Assembly (NCBI GenBank): GCA_963823335.1
Contig: CAWGLD010000005.1
Span: forward strand, 160,001-224,000
DNA: 64,000 nt
Source: an uncultured delta proteobacterium
Lineage (GTDB): Bacteria; Desulfobacterota; Desulfobacteria; Desulfobacterales; B30-G6
Reading direction: 5' to 3'
Part shown: positions 1-10,295 of the stretch, piece by piece
How positions within the stretch are numbered: position 1 is the stretch's first letter
Layout: the number at the start of each line of letters is the position of its first letter
The notes under the pieces: model-generated
The model's input: the letters and a program-made list of their open reading frames with translations, nothing else
What the model was told of the DNA's origin: nothing
Databases searched by the model: none
Position numbers and translations under genes: made by a program

Positions 1-361
1 TGATTCCGAGTTGTATGTTGTGCATGTGATATCCAGTATGAAAATCCCGGTGGAAATACTCGACTACTTGTCTGCTGAAGATATCGATGCGTCACCGGCA
101 AGTTTCTATTTAGAAAAAGTCGGTCAAATGATCATTAAACAAAGTGAGAGCGAGTGCCAAATTACTGGATGCAAAAATGTGCATACGATCGTGCTGCGAG
201 GCGATCCCGCGGATATGATTGTTAAATGGGCCAAAGAAAAACAAATGGACATCATTGTAATAGGTAGCCGCGGATATCATGGGATCAAGGGCAAGCTATT
301 GGGCAGTGTTTCAAGGAAGGTAAGCCACGCGTCGGAATGCTCCTGCATCATCGTAAAATAG
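1..361 (+). CDS. Universal stress protein (UspA family), 5' end outside the window
   Basis: LYVVHV...GDPADMI...DIIVIGSRG...LLGSVSRKVSHASECSCIIVK, typical USP motifs; frame is open back to base 2. Confidence 0.9.
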   Translation, partial: DSELYVVHVISSMKIPVEILDYLSAEDIDASPASFYLEKVGQMIIKQSESECQITGCKNVHTIVLRGDPADMIVKWAKEKQMDIIVIGSRGYHGIKGKLLGSVSRKVSHASECSCIIVK

Positions 362-375
362 GACACCTTTTCAAT

Positions 376-395
376 CCCTGCAGCTTGCTGCAGGG
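376..395. repeat. Short palindromic unit of dispersed repeat family A (CCCTGCAGCTTGCTGCAGGG)
   Basis: Hairpin matching the CCCGTAGCTTGCTGCGGG core at about 42820; lies 15 nt after the USP stop. Confidence 0.7.
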
Positions 396-523
396 TACTC
401 TTTGTGATGAACGTATTTGTTGAAAATACCACTCAAGAATTTTTATGGAATAGGTGTTGCCTGGTGTTGTGTGGAGGGCACTACTTCCCGTGGGGGATAT
501 AACCATCTAATTAGGAGGTTCCA

Positions 524-1300
524 ATGGGCAGGTTGGATAATAAAGTCGCAATTATTACCGGCAGTGCTGAGGGAATTGGTGAAGCTACAGCCAAATTATT
601 TTCAAAAGAGGGGGCTAAGGTGGTTGTGGCCGATATCAACGAAAAGAAAGGACAACAGGTTGCCAATGAAATTGGGGGATCAGGAGGTGATGCATTTTTC
701 TTTTTGCTGGATGTGACGAAGGAAGAACAATGGAAGTCTTTAATGGATATGACCACTCAAAAATACGGCAAATTAAACGTCATTGTCAACAATGCAGGCA
801 TCTCAAGGGCAAAGGATATCGAGAATACAAGCCTTAAGGATTGGAACGATATCATGAACGTTAACGCCACGGGTGTATTTCTTGGCACAAAATATGCGAT
901 TGAAACCATGAAAGACAATGGCGAGCTTTGCTCGATTATCAACCGGTCGTCCATTGATGGTCAAATTGCGGAATCGGGATTGTTCGCATATTGCGCATCC
1001 AAAGGTGCCGTTACAATATTGACGAAATCCGCTGCATTATGCTGTGGTGAGAAAGGGTATAAAATTCGTGTAAACTCTGTTCATCCCGGATATATTCACA
1101 CGGCATTGACTGAAGAAGAGGCAAGGGGATACGGTTTAGAGCCTGAAGAATATTTCGCCAAAGTCGGCAAGCAGCATCCTCTGGGCTGCATCGGGGAACC
1201 GGATGATATTGCCTTCATTGATGTTTATTTGGCATCCGATGAATCAAAATGGACGACCGGGGCGGAGTTTGTCGTAGATGGTGGATGGACGGCCCAATGA
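524..1300 (+). CDS. Classical short-chain dehydrogenase/reductase (NAD-type)
   Basis: TGSAEGIG, NNAG, YCASK catalytic motif, VDGGWTAQ; RBS aggagg. Confidence 0.95.
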   Translation: MGRLDNKVAIITGSAEGIGEATAKLFSKEGAKVVVADINEKKGQQVANEIGGSGGDAFFFLLDVTKEEQWKSLMDMTTQKYGKLNVIVNNAGISRAKDIENTSLKDWNDIMNVNATGVFLGTKYAIETMKDNGELCSIINRSSIDGQIAESGLFAYCASKGAVTILTKSAALCCGEKGYKIRVNSVHPGYIHTALTEEEARGYGLEPEEYFAKVGKQHPLGCIGEPDDIAFIDVYLASDESKWTTGAEFVVDGGWTAQ

Positions 1301-1347
1301 TATCCAGTAAATCTAATTAGACCCAAAGAAGCTATTGTTGGCAGTTT

Positions 1348-2304
1348 ATGAATGGAGATGTGATGTATCGAGTTAATAGAAAAAATATTTCTTTCTTTGT
1401 CGGGTCCGATGTTGAACCGGTCATGGAGGTGCCAAACGGAGCTACGGTAATATTTGAGACTGCTGACTGTTTCGTTGATACGGTAAAAAGCACAAAAGAC
1501 TGTTTTTCTTCTTACGGAGAATGCCTGGAAGCCATTGAAGTGCCATGTCTGAATCCAGTTGCTGGTCCTGTCGCTGTTCAAGGGGCGATGCCAGGGAACT
1601 TTTTGGAGATTGAAATCTTGGATATAAAGCTTCCTGATAGCGGCGTTACTTCCTACATTCCAAGACTCGGTATGTTCGCCTCCTCTTATCAGCTGAGTGA
1701 CGATTTACTGCCCGACACAAGAATTTGCAGGATTGAAGACAATATTGTCTATTTACCTACAAGTCGTGGTGACATCAAGATACCTGTATCACCCATGATC
1801 GGTACAATATGCACATCTCCTGGAAAGGAGAAGATTGCGAGTTTTAAGTTTGGTGCCGAACATCTGGGCAATGTTGACTGCAAGGAAATAACTTCAGGCA
1901 ATAAATTGATACTGCCAATAAATACAAAAGGCGGTCTCTTATCGATGGGTGATGTCCACGCTGCTCAAGGAGATGGAGAGATCTCGTGTGTGGCTGTTGA
2001 AATTGCAGCGGATGTTACCGTGAAAGTAAATGTTCTGACGATGAAAGAGGCCCAATTTGAAAGTTGTCCGCAAATCAACGGAGATGATTTTATCGGTTCC
2101 ATTGGATGTCATTTCGGGAACCTCGTATCAGAGAATATAAAATTTGCTTATTTCGATCTGATTCAAAGGCTAAAAAATCATTTTGGTTTCTCTACCATGG
2201 ATGCCTATCATTTGCTGAGTCAGGTGGGAGAGGTGAGGGTTTGCCAGGTTTTGGGAAATCATCAAGCTGCATTGGCAAAAGTGAAAAAGAGGTTTATCGA
2301 ATGA
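1348..2304 (+). CDS. Acetamidase/formamidase (FmdA/AmdA) family protein
   Basis: ETADC, NPVAGPVAVQGAMPG, PMIGTI, GNVD, GDVHAAQGDGEI; start may be 1363. Confidence 0.9.
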   Translation: MNGDVMYRVNRKNISFFVGSDVEPVMEVPNGATVIFETADCFVDTVKSTKDCFSSYGECLEAIEVPCLNPVAGPVAVQGAMPGNFLEIEILDIKLPDSGVTSYIPRLGMFASSYQLSDDLLPDTRICRIEDNIVYLPTSRGDIKIPVSPMIGTICTSPGKEKIASFKFGAEHLGNVDCKEITSGNKLILPINTKGGLLSMGDVHAAQGDGEISCVAVEIAADVTVKVNVLTMKEAQFESCPQINGDDFIGSIGCHFGNLVSENIKFAYFDLIQRLKNHFGFSTMDAYHLLSQVGEVRVCQVLGNHQAALAKVKKRFIE

Positions 2305-2422
2305 TAAGATTATGATGAAGAATAGGGATTGTTTATTCTCATTTTTATTAAGGTAGTTTGAGGAAAGAACAATGGGCGGTTAGCGCCCGATGTATAACAA
2401 ATAAAACGGAAGGAGGAATACA

Positions 2423-3817
2423 ATGGTTAATGGCAAAGTGCACCCATATATACCCAATTCGGAGGAAAGCGTCAAAAAAGAGATGCTTAAGGAATTGGGG
2501 ATGAAGAGTGCAGAGGATATTTTCAAGGCTATCCCCGAGCACCTTCGTTTTCGTGGCAAGATGAACCTTCCCGAACCTATTCTTTCGGAAGCCCGGCTAC
2601 GACAGCATGTTGAAAGGATGCTGGCAAAAAATAGAAATTGTAAGGAGAACGTAAGCTTTCTCGGCGGCGGGTGCTGGCAGCACCACGTACCATCTGTTTG
2701 TGACACCATTGCCGGACGAGATGAATTTCTCACCGCCTACGTGGGCGACGCCTACTCCGATCATGGTAAGTTCCAGGCCCTTTTCGAGACGGCAAGCATG
2801 CTCGGGGATCTCACAGGGTTTGATGCCTGCAATACGCCGACCTACGATTGGGCTTCGGCTATTGCGATGGCAGGTAGAATGGCCTGCAGAACCCAGGGTC
2901 GACAGCAAATTCTTGTGGGTGGAGATATAAGTCCCGGGCGATTCATGGTCATTCAGAATTACTGGAAACCCGAAATCGAAATCGTCAAGGTGAAGTACGA
3001 TTACGAAAAGTGCGGTATGGATCTCAGCGATCTCAAGAAAAAGATTTCAAAAAAGACCACAGCCGTCTATTTCGAAAATCCCTCCTACCTCGGTTTCATT
3101 GAAACCGGAGTCAACGACATTGTCAAAATCGCACACAAAGCAGGTGCTTTCGTTATCGCAGGGGTCGACCCCTCATCTCTCGGCGTGCTGGAAGGCCCGG
3201 GAAACTATGGAGCAGACTACGCGGTGGGCGATTTCCAGCCTCTGGGGCTGCACCTCGGATTCGGTGGGAATCAGGGCGGTTGGGTCGCAACCAAGGATAA
3301 AAAGGAAATGATCGCCGAGTACCCCTCACTGCTCTTTGGTCTCACACATACAAAGCAGGAGGGTGAGTGGGGTTTCGGTGAAGTTTTCTATGAAAGGACA
3401 TCCTATGCCTCCCGTGAAAAGGGAAAGGATTTCGTGGGCACGACCACGGCTTTGTTTGGTATTGTGGCCGGGGTCTACATGGCACTCATGGGACCACAGG
3501 GCTTTCAGGAACTCGGCGAGGGAATCATGCAGAAGGTTGCCTATGCCAAACAAAAAATTGCATCGGTTCCCAAGGTCAAGATAGCCTCTCCCGATGCCTA
3601 TACATTTAAAGAGTTCATTGTTGATTTCAATGGAACCGGAAAGACGGTCAAAGAAATTAATAAGGCTCTCCTCGCAGCAAATATCTTTGGCGGGATGGAC
3701 ATCAGTCGTGAATTTCCGGTTTTTGGACAGAGCGCTCTTTATTGCATCACGGAAATGCACACCAAGGAAGACATCGACAATTTTGTTACTGTGCTCGCCA
3801 ACGTCTGCGCGGTCTAA
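2423..3817 (+). CDS. gcvPA: Glycine dehydrogenase (decarboxylating) subunit 1-like, divergent
   Basis: HPYIPNS, FLGGGCWQHHVP, EFLTAY, SYASREKG; 464 aa; RBS ggagg. Confidence 0.88.
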   Translation: MVNGKVHPYIPNSEESVKKEMLKELGMKSAEDIFKAIPEHLRFRGKMNLPEPILSEARLRQHVERMLAKNRNCKENVSFLGGGCWQHHVPSVCDTIAGRDEFLTAYVGDAYSDHGKFQALFETASMLGDLTGFDACNTPTYDWASAIAMAGRMACRTQGRQQILVGGDISPGRFMVIQNYWKPEIEIVKVKYDYEKCGMDLSDLKKKISKKTTAVYFENPSYLGFIETGVNDIVKIAHKAGAFVIAGVDPSSLGVLEGPGNYGADYAVGDFQPLGLHLGFGGNQGGWVATKDKKEMIAEYPSLLFGLTHTKQEGEWGFGEVFYERTSYASREKGKDFVGTTTALFGIVAGVYMALMGPQGFQELGEGIMQKVAYAKQKIASVPKVKIASPDAYTFKEFIVDFNGTGKTVKEINKALLAANIFGGMDISREFPVFGQSALYCITEMHTKEDIDNFVTVLANVCAV

Positions 3818-3843
3818 CGATAATAGCATAGGAGGAAGATACA

Positions 3844-5412
3844 ATGGCTATCAGTAAAGTGAGAAAAAACTTTCACCAGGCTCGTTGGGATGAGCCGATT
3901 ATATACGAGCTCTCCACACCTGGCGTGCGAGGTATTCTGACCCCGGAAGTGGAAGATGAAATATCCGCCAGTGTCGGTGATGTGGCAGGTGGGCTCCCCA
4001 AGTCAATCAAGCGCAAGAAAGCCCCGGCGTTGCCTGAAGTTGATCAGAAGAGTGTTCTTGAACACTGGCTGCATCTATCCCAGGAAACCATGGGGTCGAA
4101 TCTGTCAAATGACATCTCTGAGGGAACCTGCACGATGAAGTATAATCCCAGGGTCAATGAAGAAATGGTAGCATTGCCGGATTTTGCCGAAGTGCACCCT
4201 CTCCAGGACGAAAGCACGATGCAAGGCGCCCTGGAGTGTCTGTACAAGTTCGAGCAGATGATCAAGGAAATCTCCGGTATGGATCGTGTGTCCTTTCAGC
4301 CTGGTGGTGGTAACCATGCCGTGTACACGGCTGCATCCATTATGCGGGCTTATCATGCAAGCAGGAACGACTCCAAGCGTGACACCATTATTACGACCAT
4401 ATTTTCTCACCCCTGCGATGCCGCGACTCCGGCAACGGCAGGGTACAAGATCATAACGATTTATCCCGACAAATACGGAATTCCCGACCTCGAAGCCTTC
4501 AAGGCTGCCGTAAAGGATGCGGGTGACCACTTCGCCGGCATTTTCATGACCAATCCCGAGGACATCGGAATTTTTAATCCCAGGATCGATGAATTCGTAA
4601 AGATATCTCATGAAGCCGGTGCCCTGTGTTTCTACGACCAGGCGAATGCCAATGCTTTTTTGGGCGTAACAAGGGCGCGAGAGGCGGATTTCGATATGTG
4701 CCACTTCAATATTCATAAAACATTCGGAACTCCGCATGGGTGTTGCGGCCCTGCCAACGGAGCCATCTGTGTGAGGGATTACCTGGCCAAATTCCTGCCG
4801 GTGCCCACCGTCGAGTTTGACGGCAAGAAATACTGGCTGGATTATGACCGGGCTGAGTCGATCGGAAAAATCAGAGATTTCTACGGAACCACCGGTGTTA
4901 TTCTCAAGGCATATACCTGGACCATGAATATGGGTGCCGAGGGCCTGCGGGAGTGCGCGGACGTGTCTGTGATAAACAACAATTACATGCGCCAGAAAAT
5001 GATGACGATCAAGGGGCTCGGCGAAGCTTATGCCGGAAACGGCATCATGCGAATGGAGCAGATTCGTTATACCTGGGAGAAGCTCCAGAAGGACACCGGC
5101 GTTGGAACAGAAGACGTTAATTGCAGACTCATCGACTTTGGGATTCCCTGGTTCTGGTCCTCCCACCATCCATGGGTGATTCCCGAACCCATGACCCTGG
5201 AGCCCTGCGAAACCTTCAGCAAGGCCAATATCGATTCCTATGTTGATACGCTCAAGCATATCGCAAAGGAGGCATATAAGGATCCCAAGATTGCAAAGAG
5301 CGCTCCGCACAACAGCTGTATCCACAGGGTGAAAAACCCTGAGGAGCTGGATGACCCGGGTAAGTGGGCACTCACCTGGAGAGCCTATCTTAAGAAAAAG
5401 GGTAAAAAGTAA
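3844..5412 (+). CDS. gcvPB: Glycine dehydrogenase (decarboxylating) subunit 2-like, divergent
   Basis: CTMKYNPRVNE, MTNP, PLP-lysine motif HFNIHKTFGTPHG, EPCET; follows gcvPA. Confidence 0.88.
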   Translation: MAISKVRKNFHQARWDEPIIYELSTPGVRGILTPEVEDEISASVGDVAGGLPKSIKRKKAPALPEVDQKSVLEHWLHLSQETMGSNLSNDISEGTCTMKYNPRVNEEMVALPDFAEVHPLQDESTMQGALECLYKFEQMIKEISGMDRVSFQPGGGNHAVYTAASIMRAYHASRNDSKRDTIITTIFSHPCDAATPATAGYKIITIYPDKYGIPDLEAFKAAVKDAGDHFAGIFMTNPEDIGIFNPRIDEFVKISHEAGALCFYDQANANAFLGVTRAREADFDMCHFNIHKTFGTPHGCCGPANGAICVRDYLAKFLPVPTVEFDGKKYWLDYDRAESIGKIRDFYGTTGVILKAYTWTMNMGAEGLRECADVSVINNNYMRQKMMTIKGLGEAYAGNGIMRMEQIRYTWEKLQKDTGVGTEDVNCRLIDFGIPWFWSSHHPWVIPEPMTLEPCETFSKANIDSYVDTLKHIAKEAYKDPKIAKSAPHNSCIHRVKNPEELDDPGKWALTWRAYLKKKGKK

Positions 5413-5422
5413 CCATTCGTTC

Positions 5423-5477
5423 GAATGGATCCTGCCTCGGCACTGGTTTCAAGCGTAAAGCCGGGCGGGATCCATTC
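5423..5477 (+). terminator. Long stem-loop after gcvPB (terminator or mRNA-stabilising hairpin)
   Basis: gaatggatcctgcc...ggcgggatccattc inverted repeat; weak U-tract. Confidence 0.6.
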
Positions 5478-5505
5478 TTCATCTTCCGAACAGGCAATAG
5501 CTATC

Positions 5506-5530
5506 GCATTCCCCTTAGCTTGCTGCGGTG
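5506..5530 (+). repeat. Partial copy of dispersed repeat family A
   Basis: gcattccccttagcttgctgcgg matches gcattccccgtagcttgctgcgg at about 42815. Confidence 0.7.
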
Positions 5531-5592
5531 CAATAGTCAATTAACATGCTGTTATTAGCACTATCCATAAAATAATAGAGGTTCATAAACGG

Positions 5593-6727
5593 ATGAAACG
5601 TATCGGTCTAATTGTCAATCCAATAGCAGGAATGGGCGGTCGCGTCGGGCTGAAGGGTAGTGATGGAAAAGAAACCCTTGAGCTCGCAAGAAAACTCGGT
5701 GCGGTACCCGAGTGCCCAGGGAAGGCCATAACCGCCCTGCAGCAGGTTAAAAACAATTTCAGCGGTGATGTTCAGATAATTACCTATCCTGCCAGTATGG
5801 GTGAGAATGAGGCGCTTGAGTGCTGGATTTCAGCCGAAGGTGATCGGTGACATAAATCTCGAGGAAACGACTGCAGAGGATACCATTCAGGCGGCCAGGG
5901 ACTTGAGGAAAGCCGGGGTTGACCTGATTCTCTTTGCAGGTGGTGATGGTACGGCCCGCAATATTTTCGACGCTCTCGGGGAAGAGAAGGTTGCAGTTTT
6001 AGGTATACCCGGTGGATGCAAGATCCATTCTGCTGTTTACGCCATCAACCCGAAAACTGCCGGCGATCTCGTGGTCCAGTATTTGGAGGGAAAGGTCAAG
6101 GACCTGAAGGTGTCCGAAGTGATGGACATCGATGAGGAGGCGTTCAGGCGGAACGTCGTGACTGCCAAACTCTATGGATATCTGTACGTTCCTAACGAGA
6201 GAAGAATGGTACAGAATATGAAGAGTGGGCGTGGGTACAGCGAAGAGGCAGCCCTTGAACAACTTTCGAGATACGTTGCAGACATTATGGATCCAAACAC
6301 CCTATACGTTGTTGGAACGGGCAGTACCACAAAAAAGATACTGGATAAACTTGGAGAAGAAGGTACACTCCTCGGTGTTGATCTTGTGTACGGGAAGAAG
6401 ATTGTAGCTAAAGACGTAAATGAAAAAGGGATCTTGGACTTCCTGTCAACTACAAACGGAAATGTGAAGATGATCGTCACGGTTATCGGGGGGCAGGGTT
6501 ACATATTCGGGCGTGGAAACCAGCAGCTCAGTCCCGATGTTATTCGACGGGTCGGGTTAGATAATATTATTATCGTGGCATCCAAACCCAAAATGCTTTC
6601 CCTTTTCGGAAAAGCCCTCCTCGTGGATACGGGTGATGAGAAACTGAATGCGGAACTGACGGGCTATCGACGCGTATATGTTGGCTACGAAGACAGCGTT
6701 ATGTTCAAGGTAACAAACACACCATGA
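5593..6727 (+). CDS. ATP-NAD kinase-like protein (predicted polyphosphate/ATP-dependent NAD kinase family), +1 frameshift near 5821
   Basis: IGLIVNPIAGMGGRVGLKGSDG in the first ORF; AGGDGTAR, GCKIHSAVYA, GTLLGVD, GGQGYIFGRGNQQLS in the second; one extra base joins them. Confidence 0.85.
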
Positions 6728-6767
6728 AAACCCGGTCAAACATGTCCGTGGGAAAGAAATGTAAAAA

Positions 6768-7854
6768 ATGGATTGGAGAGAATTAAGTCCAGGAAATGCG
6801 GGAAGCCCTGAACAGGGCGATCAAACGAGAGGACTTCGTCCTTGGCGAGGACGTACAGTCCTTTGAGACCGAGGTGGCTGCTTATCTGGGGGTCAAGCAT
6901 GCGATCGGGCTCAATTCGGGTACGGATGCCTTCAGGATAGCACTGATCGCGATTGATTTGCAGGAGGGTGATGAGGTCATCACCACCCCATTTTGCTTTG
7001 CATCCGATGCTGCGGCAGTGGTCATGGAAGGCGGGAAACCGGTCTTTGCTGATATCGACCCCCGCACTTGCAACATCGATATCGACCGGGTAGCAGAAAA
7101 AATATCGGAGAAAACCAAGGCGATTATTCCTGCCCACATGTATGGTGTTCCCGTCGATATGGATCCACTTATGGCACTTGCCAAGGAACCACGGTATCTA
7201 TGTTATTGAGGATGTGTGTCAGGCTTTCGGCGCAACCTACAAGGGAAAGAAGGTGGGCAGCTTCGGGGAATTTGCCGGGTATTCTTTCTACCCTACCAAA
7301 CCCCTTGGCTCCTACGGTGACGCCGGTCTTATTACAACGGACAGCGATGCATTCTCAGAAAAAATCAAAATGATAAGAAACCATGGAAGCAGGAAAAAGT
7401 ACTATCATGAATTCATCGGATTTTCGAGCAGGCTGGACACCATACAAGCCGCGATTCTCAGAGTAAGATTGAAGTACGTCGATCATATTCTCGATAGCCT
7501 ATCCAGATGCAAGTTGCTTATGACAAAGGATTAAAAGGGATAGGGGACATTATTTTACCACCCAGGTCGACGGAGGTGACCGAAGGTTTCTCTCTCTATA
7601 CGATCAGAACAAAGAGACGTTCCGAACTTCTCGACCACCTTGCTTCCAAAGGCATCAAAGCCGGTGTCTACTATCCGCTTTCCATACACCTGCAGAAAGC
7701 GTTCAGCTTTCTCGGCCACCGCCCGGGAGATTTCCCCGAAAGTGAAAAAGCCCAGGAGGAAGTGCTGTCCCTTCCCTTCGATATTTATACAACCAAAGAG
7801 CAGGTAGATAGTGTTTGCGATGCTATACGTCGGTTTTTCATCAATTTCTATTGA
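6768..7854 (+). pseudogene. DegT/DnrJ/EryC1/StrS aminotransferase interrupted by three frameshifts (about 6791, 7187, 7505)
   Basis: FVLGEDVQSFE, NSGTDA, GDEVITTPF, PAHMYG, IEDVCQA, SFYPTKPLGSYGDAG, SRLDTIQAAIL, VLSLP spread over four frames; may be sequencing error. Confidence 0.8.
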
Positions 7855-7869
7855 TCAAAAGGGGGGGGT

Positions 7870-10230
7870 ATGACGCTATCCATTGGCCCAAGGCGCGGAT
7901 TATTTGTCGATATCAGTCAGGATATGGGCGCTGTAAAAAATATTGTTCAAGATGATGAATTGAAGCAATTTGAAAAATTTGATTTAATTTATCGGACATT
8001 GTGTGCCCTCCTATTCAATTATGCTCCCATGTCAGGCCATCCCGGCGGTTCCATATCTTCCGGACGGTTTGTCGCCGGTATTGTTTTCAATTCCATGGAT
8101 TATGATGTCTCGAATCCCGATCGGGAAGAATCGGACCAAATATCCTATGCGGCAGGTCATAAAGCGCTGGGACTCTATGCCATGTGGGCCCTGAGGAATG
8201 AAATCATGCGGATCGGTTCGGCAGGGTTGCTGCCGGGTAATAAAAAATACCAACTCAGATTGGAAGATCTCTTAGGGTTCAGACGGAATCCGATTACAGA
8301 TACACCTTTATTTACAGAATTTAATTCAAAGCCACTGGATGGTCATCCGACCCCGGCAACACCGTTCTTAAAATTATCCACGGGCGCGTCCGGAGTTGGT
8401 ATCGCTACATCTCTCGGACTGGCATTCGGGGCTCTGGATTATTATGGATCTGACTCGCCGAAAGTCCATATCATCGAAGGCGAAGGCGGTCTTACTCCTG
8501 GACGTGCCGCGGAAGCTTTTGCAGCGGCAGGAACGGCGTCCCTTAAAAATGCGGTTGTCCACCTTGACTGGAATCAATCATCCATCGACTCGGACCGGGT
8601 ATGCAGAAATGGTGATGACCCGGGGGACTATGTTCAGTGGAACCCGCTCGAATTCGGGTATTTGCATGACTGGAATGTCATTTTTGTTCCTGACGGTAAG
8701 GATATTGTCCAGATCATGGCCGCTCAGAATCAGGCCTTGAAAATGGGAAATGACCAACCCACACTGATTGTCTATCGTACAATCAAAGGTTGGCAGTATG
8801 GAATGGAAGGAAGACAGTCCCATGGGGCCGGGCACAAACTTTGCAGCGATCCTTTCTATGATGCACTCAATCCTCTTATGGCTGAGAATGGTCTTGAATT
8901 AAATAAATGTGATCCTGAAGACCAGCGATGCAATAAAGGGAAGGATAAAGTCATCCTGGAATCCTGTTTTTGGGATGCTTTACTATCTATTCGAAACGTG
9001 CTGGAGAACGATGCGGACCTGATCAGTCTGTTGGAACAAAAACTGGTTCAGGCAAAAACAAGATTGGGAAAAAGGAATCGAAAACCGAGAGAGAACGCTC
9101 CTGTCGTGGATATGGTTTATAAGACAGCCAAGGAACAAAGCGATATTTTACCGGATGACCTGAAATTGCTCCCCGGAACCGCAACCACACTCAGAGGAGA
9201 ACTGGGACGGGTCCTGCAATATTTAAACAAGGTGAGCAATGGCTCGATTCTGGCTGCTTCTGCCGATCTTATGGGATCCACCAGTGTAGCTAAAGCAGCC
9301 GCAGATTTTCCGGGAGGATATTATCATTCCAAAAACAATCCGGATTCCAGGGCGCTTTCAATAGGGGGGATCTGTGAGGATGCCATGTCCGGAATTCTTA
9401 CCGGTCTTTCCTCTTATGGCCGGCATATTGGTGCTGGATCATCCTATGCCGCATTTTATGCACCATTGGGTCATATCGCCTCAAGACTTCATGCCATCGG
9501 CGGCCAGGCCAGGCAGGCCATAGCAGAAGAACCATTTAAGACATCTTTTTTGATCTGTGCCCACGCAGGTGTCAAAACGGGTGAAGACGGACCCACACAC
9601 GCAGATCCGCAGGCATTGCAGCTTCTCCAGGAGAACTTCCCCTTAGGCACCATGATTACACTGACCCCATGGGATCCGCATGAAATGTGGCCCCTGGTAG
9701 CCACGGCTCTCAGCAAACGGCCGGCAATCATCGCCCCTTTTGTGACCAGACCGACTGAAACCATTTTGGACCGTGATGCCCTGGGTCTGCCGCCGGTAAG
9801 CAGTGCGGCCAAAGGGCTTTACCTTTTGCGAAAACTGAAAGGAAAAAGCGATGGTACCATCGTACTCCAGGGAAGTGAGGTGGCCTATGCTTTCATAGGG
9901 GAGGCTATGCCTCTCCTGGACAAGGAAGGTATTGAACTGAATGTATATTATATCGCCAGTGCCGAGCTTTTCGATCTTTTGCCAAAAGCTGAACAGGAAA
10001 AAATATTTCCCGAAGAACACGCCATGGAAGCTATGGGGATCAGTGGTTTTACCTTAGCGACCATGTATCGCTGGATCCGTTCAGATTTCGGAAGACAGAT
10101 GACACTACATCCATTTCAGAAAAACCATTATCTGGGAAGCGGTCAGGCAGAGATGGTACTAAAGGAAGCAGGTCTCGATGGCAAGAGCCAATTTAAGCGG
10201 ATCGTTCAATATGTCAAAGAAAGAAAATGA
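7870..10230 (+). CDS. Transketolase-like ThDP enzyme, long and divergent (786 aa)
   Basis: SGHPGGS, AGH, GHPTP, STGASGVG, DWNQSSID, TIKG...HG, SADL, GICE, GEDGPTH. Confidence 0.85.
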   Translation: MTLSIGPRRGLFVDISQDMGAVKNIVQDDELKQFEKFDLIYRTLCALLFNYAPMSGHPGGSISSGRFVAGIVFNSMDYDVSNPDREESDQISYAAGHKALGLYAMWALRNEIMRIGSAGLLPGNKKYQLRLEDLLGFRRNPITDTPLFTEFNSKPLDGHPTPATPFLKLSTGASGVGIATSLGLAFGALDYYGSDSPKVHIIEGEGGLTPGRAAEAFAAAGTASLKNAVVHLDWNQSSIDSDRVCRNGDDPGDYVQWNPLEFGYLHDWNVIFVPDGKDIVQIMAAQNQALKMGNDQPTLIVYRTIKGWQYGMEGRQSHGAGHKLCSDPFYDALNPLMAENGLELNKCDPEDQRCNKGKDKVILESCFWDALLSIRNVLENDADLISLLEQKLVQAKTRLGKRNRKPRENAPVVDMVYKTAKEQSDILPDDLKLLPGTATTLRGELGRVLQYLNKVSNGSILAASADLMGSTSVAKAAADFPGGYYHSKNNPDSRALSIGGICEDAMSGILTGLSSYGRHIGAGSSYAAFYAPLGHIASRLHAIGGQARQAIAEEPFKTSFLICAHAGVKTGEDGPTHADPQALQLLQENFPLGTMITLTPWDPHEMWPLVATALSKRPAIIAPFVTRPTETILDRDALGLPPVSSAAKGLYLLRKLKGKSDGTIVLQGSEVAYAFIGEAMPLLDKEGIELNVYYIASAELFDLLPKAEQEKIFPEEHAMEAMGISGFTLATMYRWIRSDFGRQMTLHPFQKNHYLGSGQAEMVLKEAGLDGKSQFKRIVQYVKERK

Positions 10231-10295
10231 TATTTTTTAAATTTGTAAACGGTCTTTCAAAGAATCGATAAACAATCGGTTAGCGGAGGGAATAT

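Noticed and set aside
4105-5325. Long antisense ORFs (406 aa here; also 23576-24379, 33089-33955, 33915-34745)
   Set aside because: Shadows of well-supported genes on the opposite strand, with no motifs.
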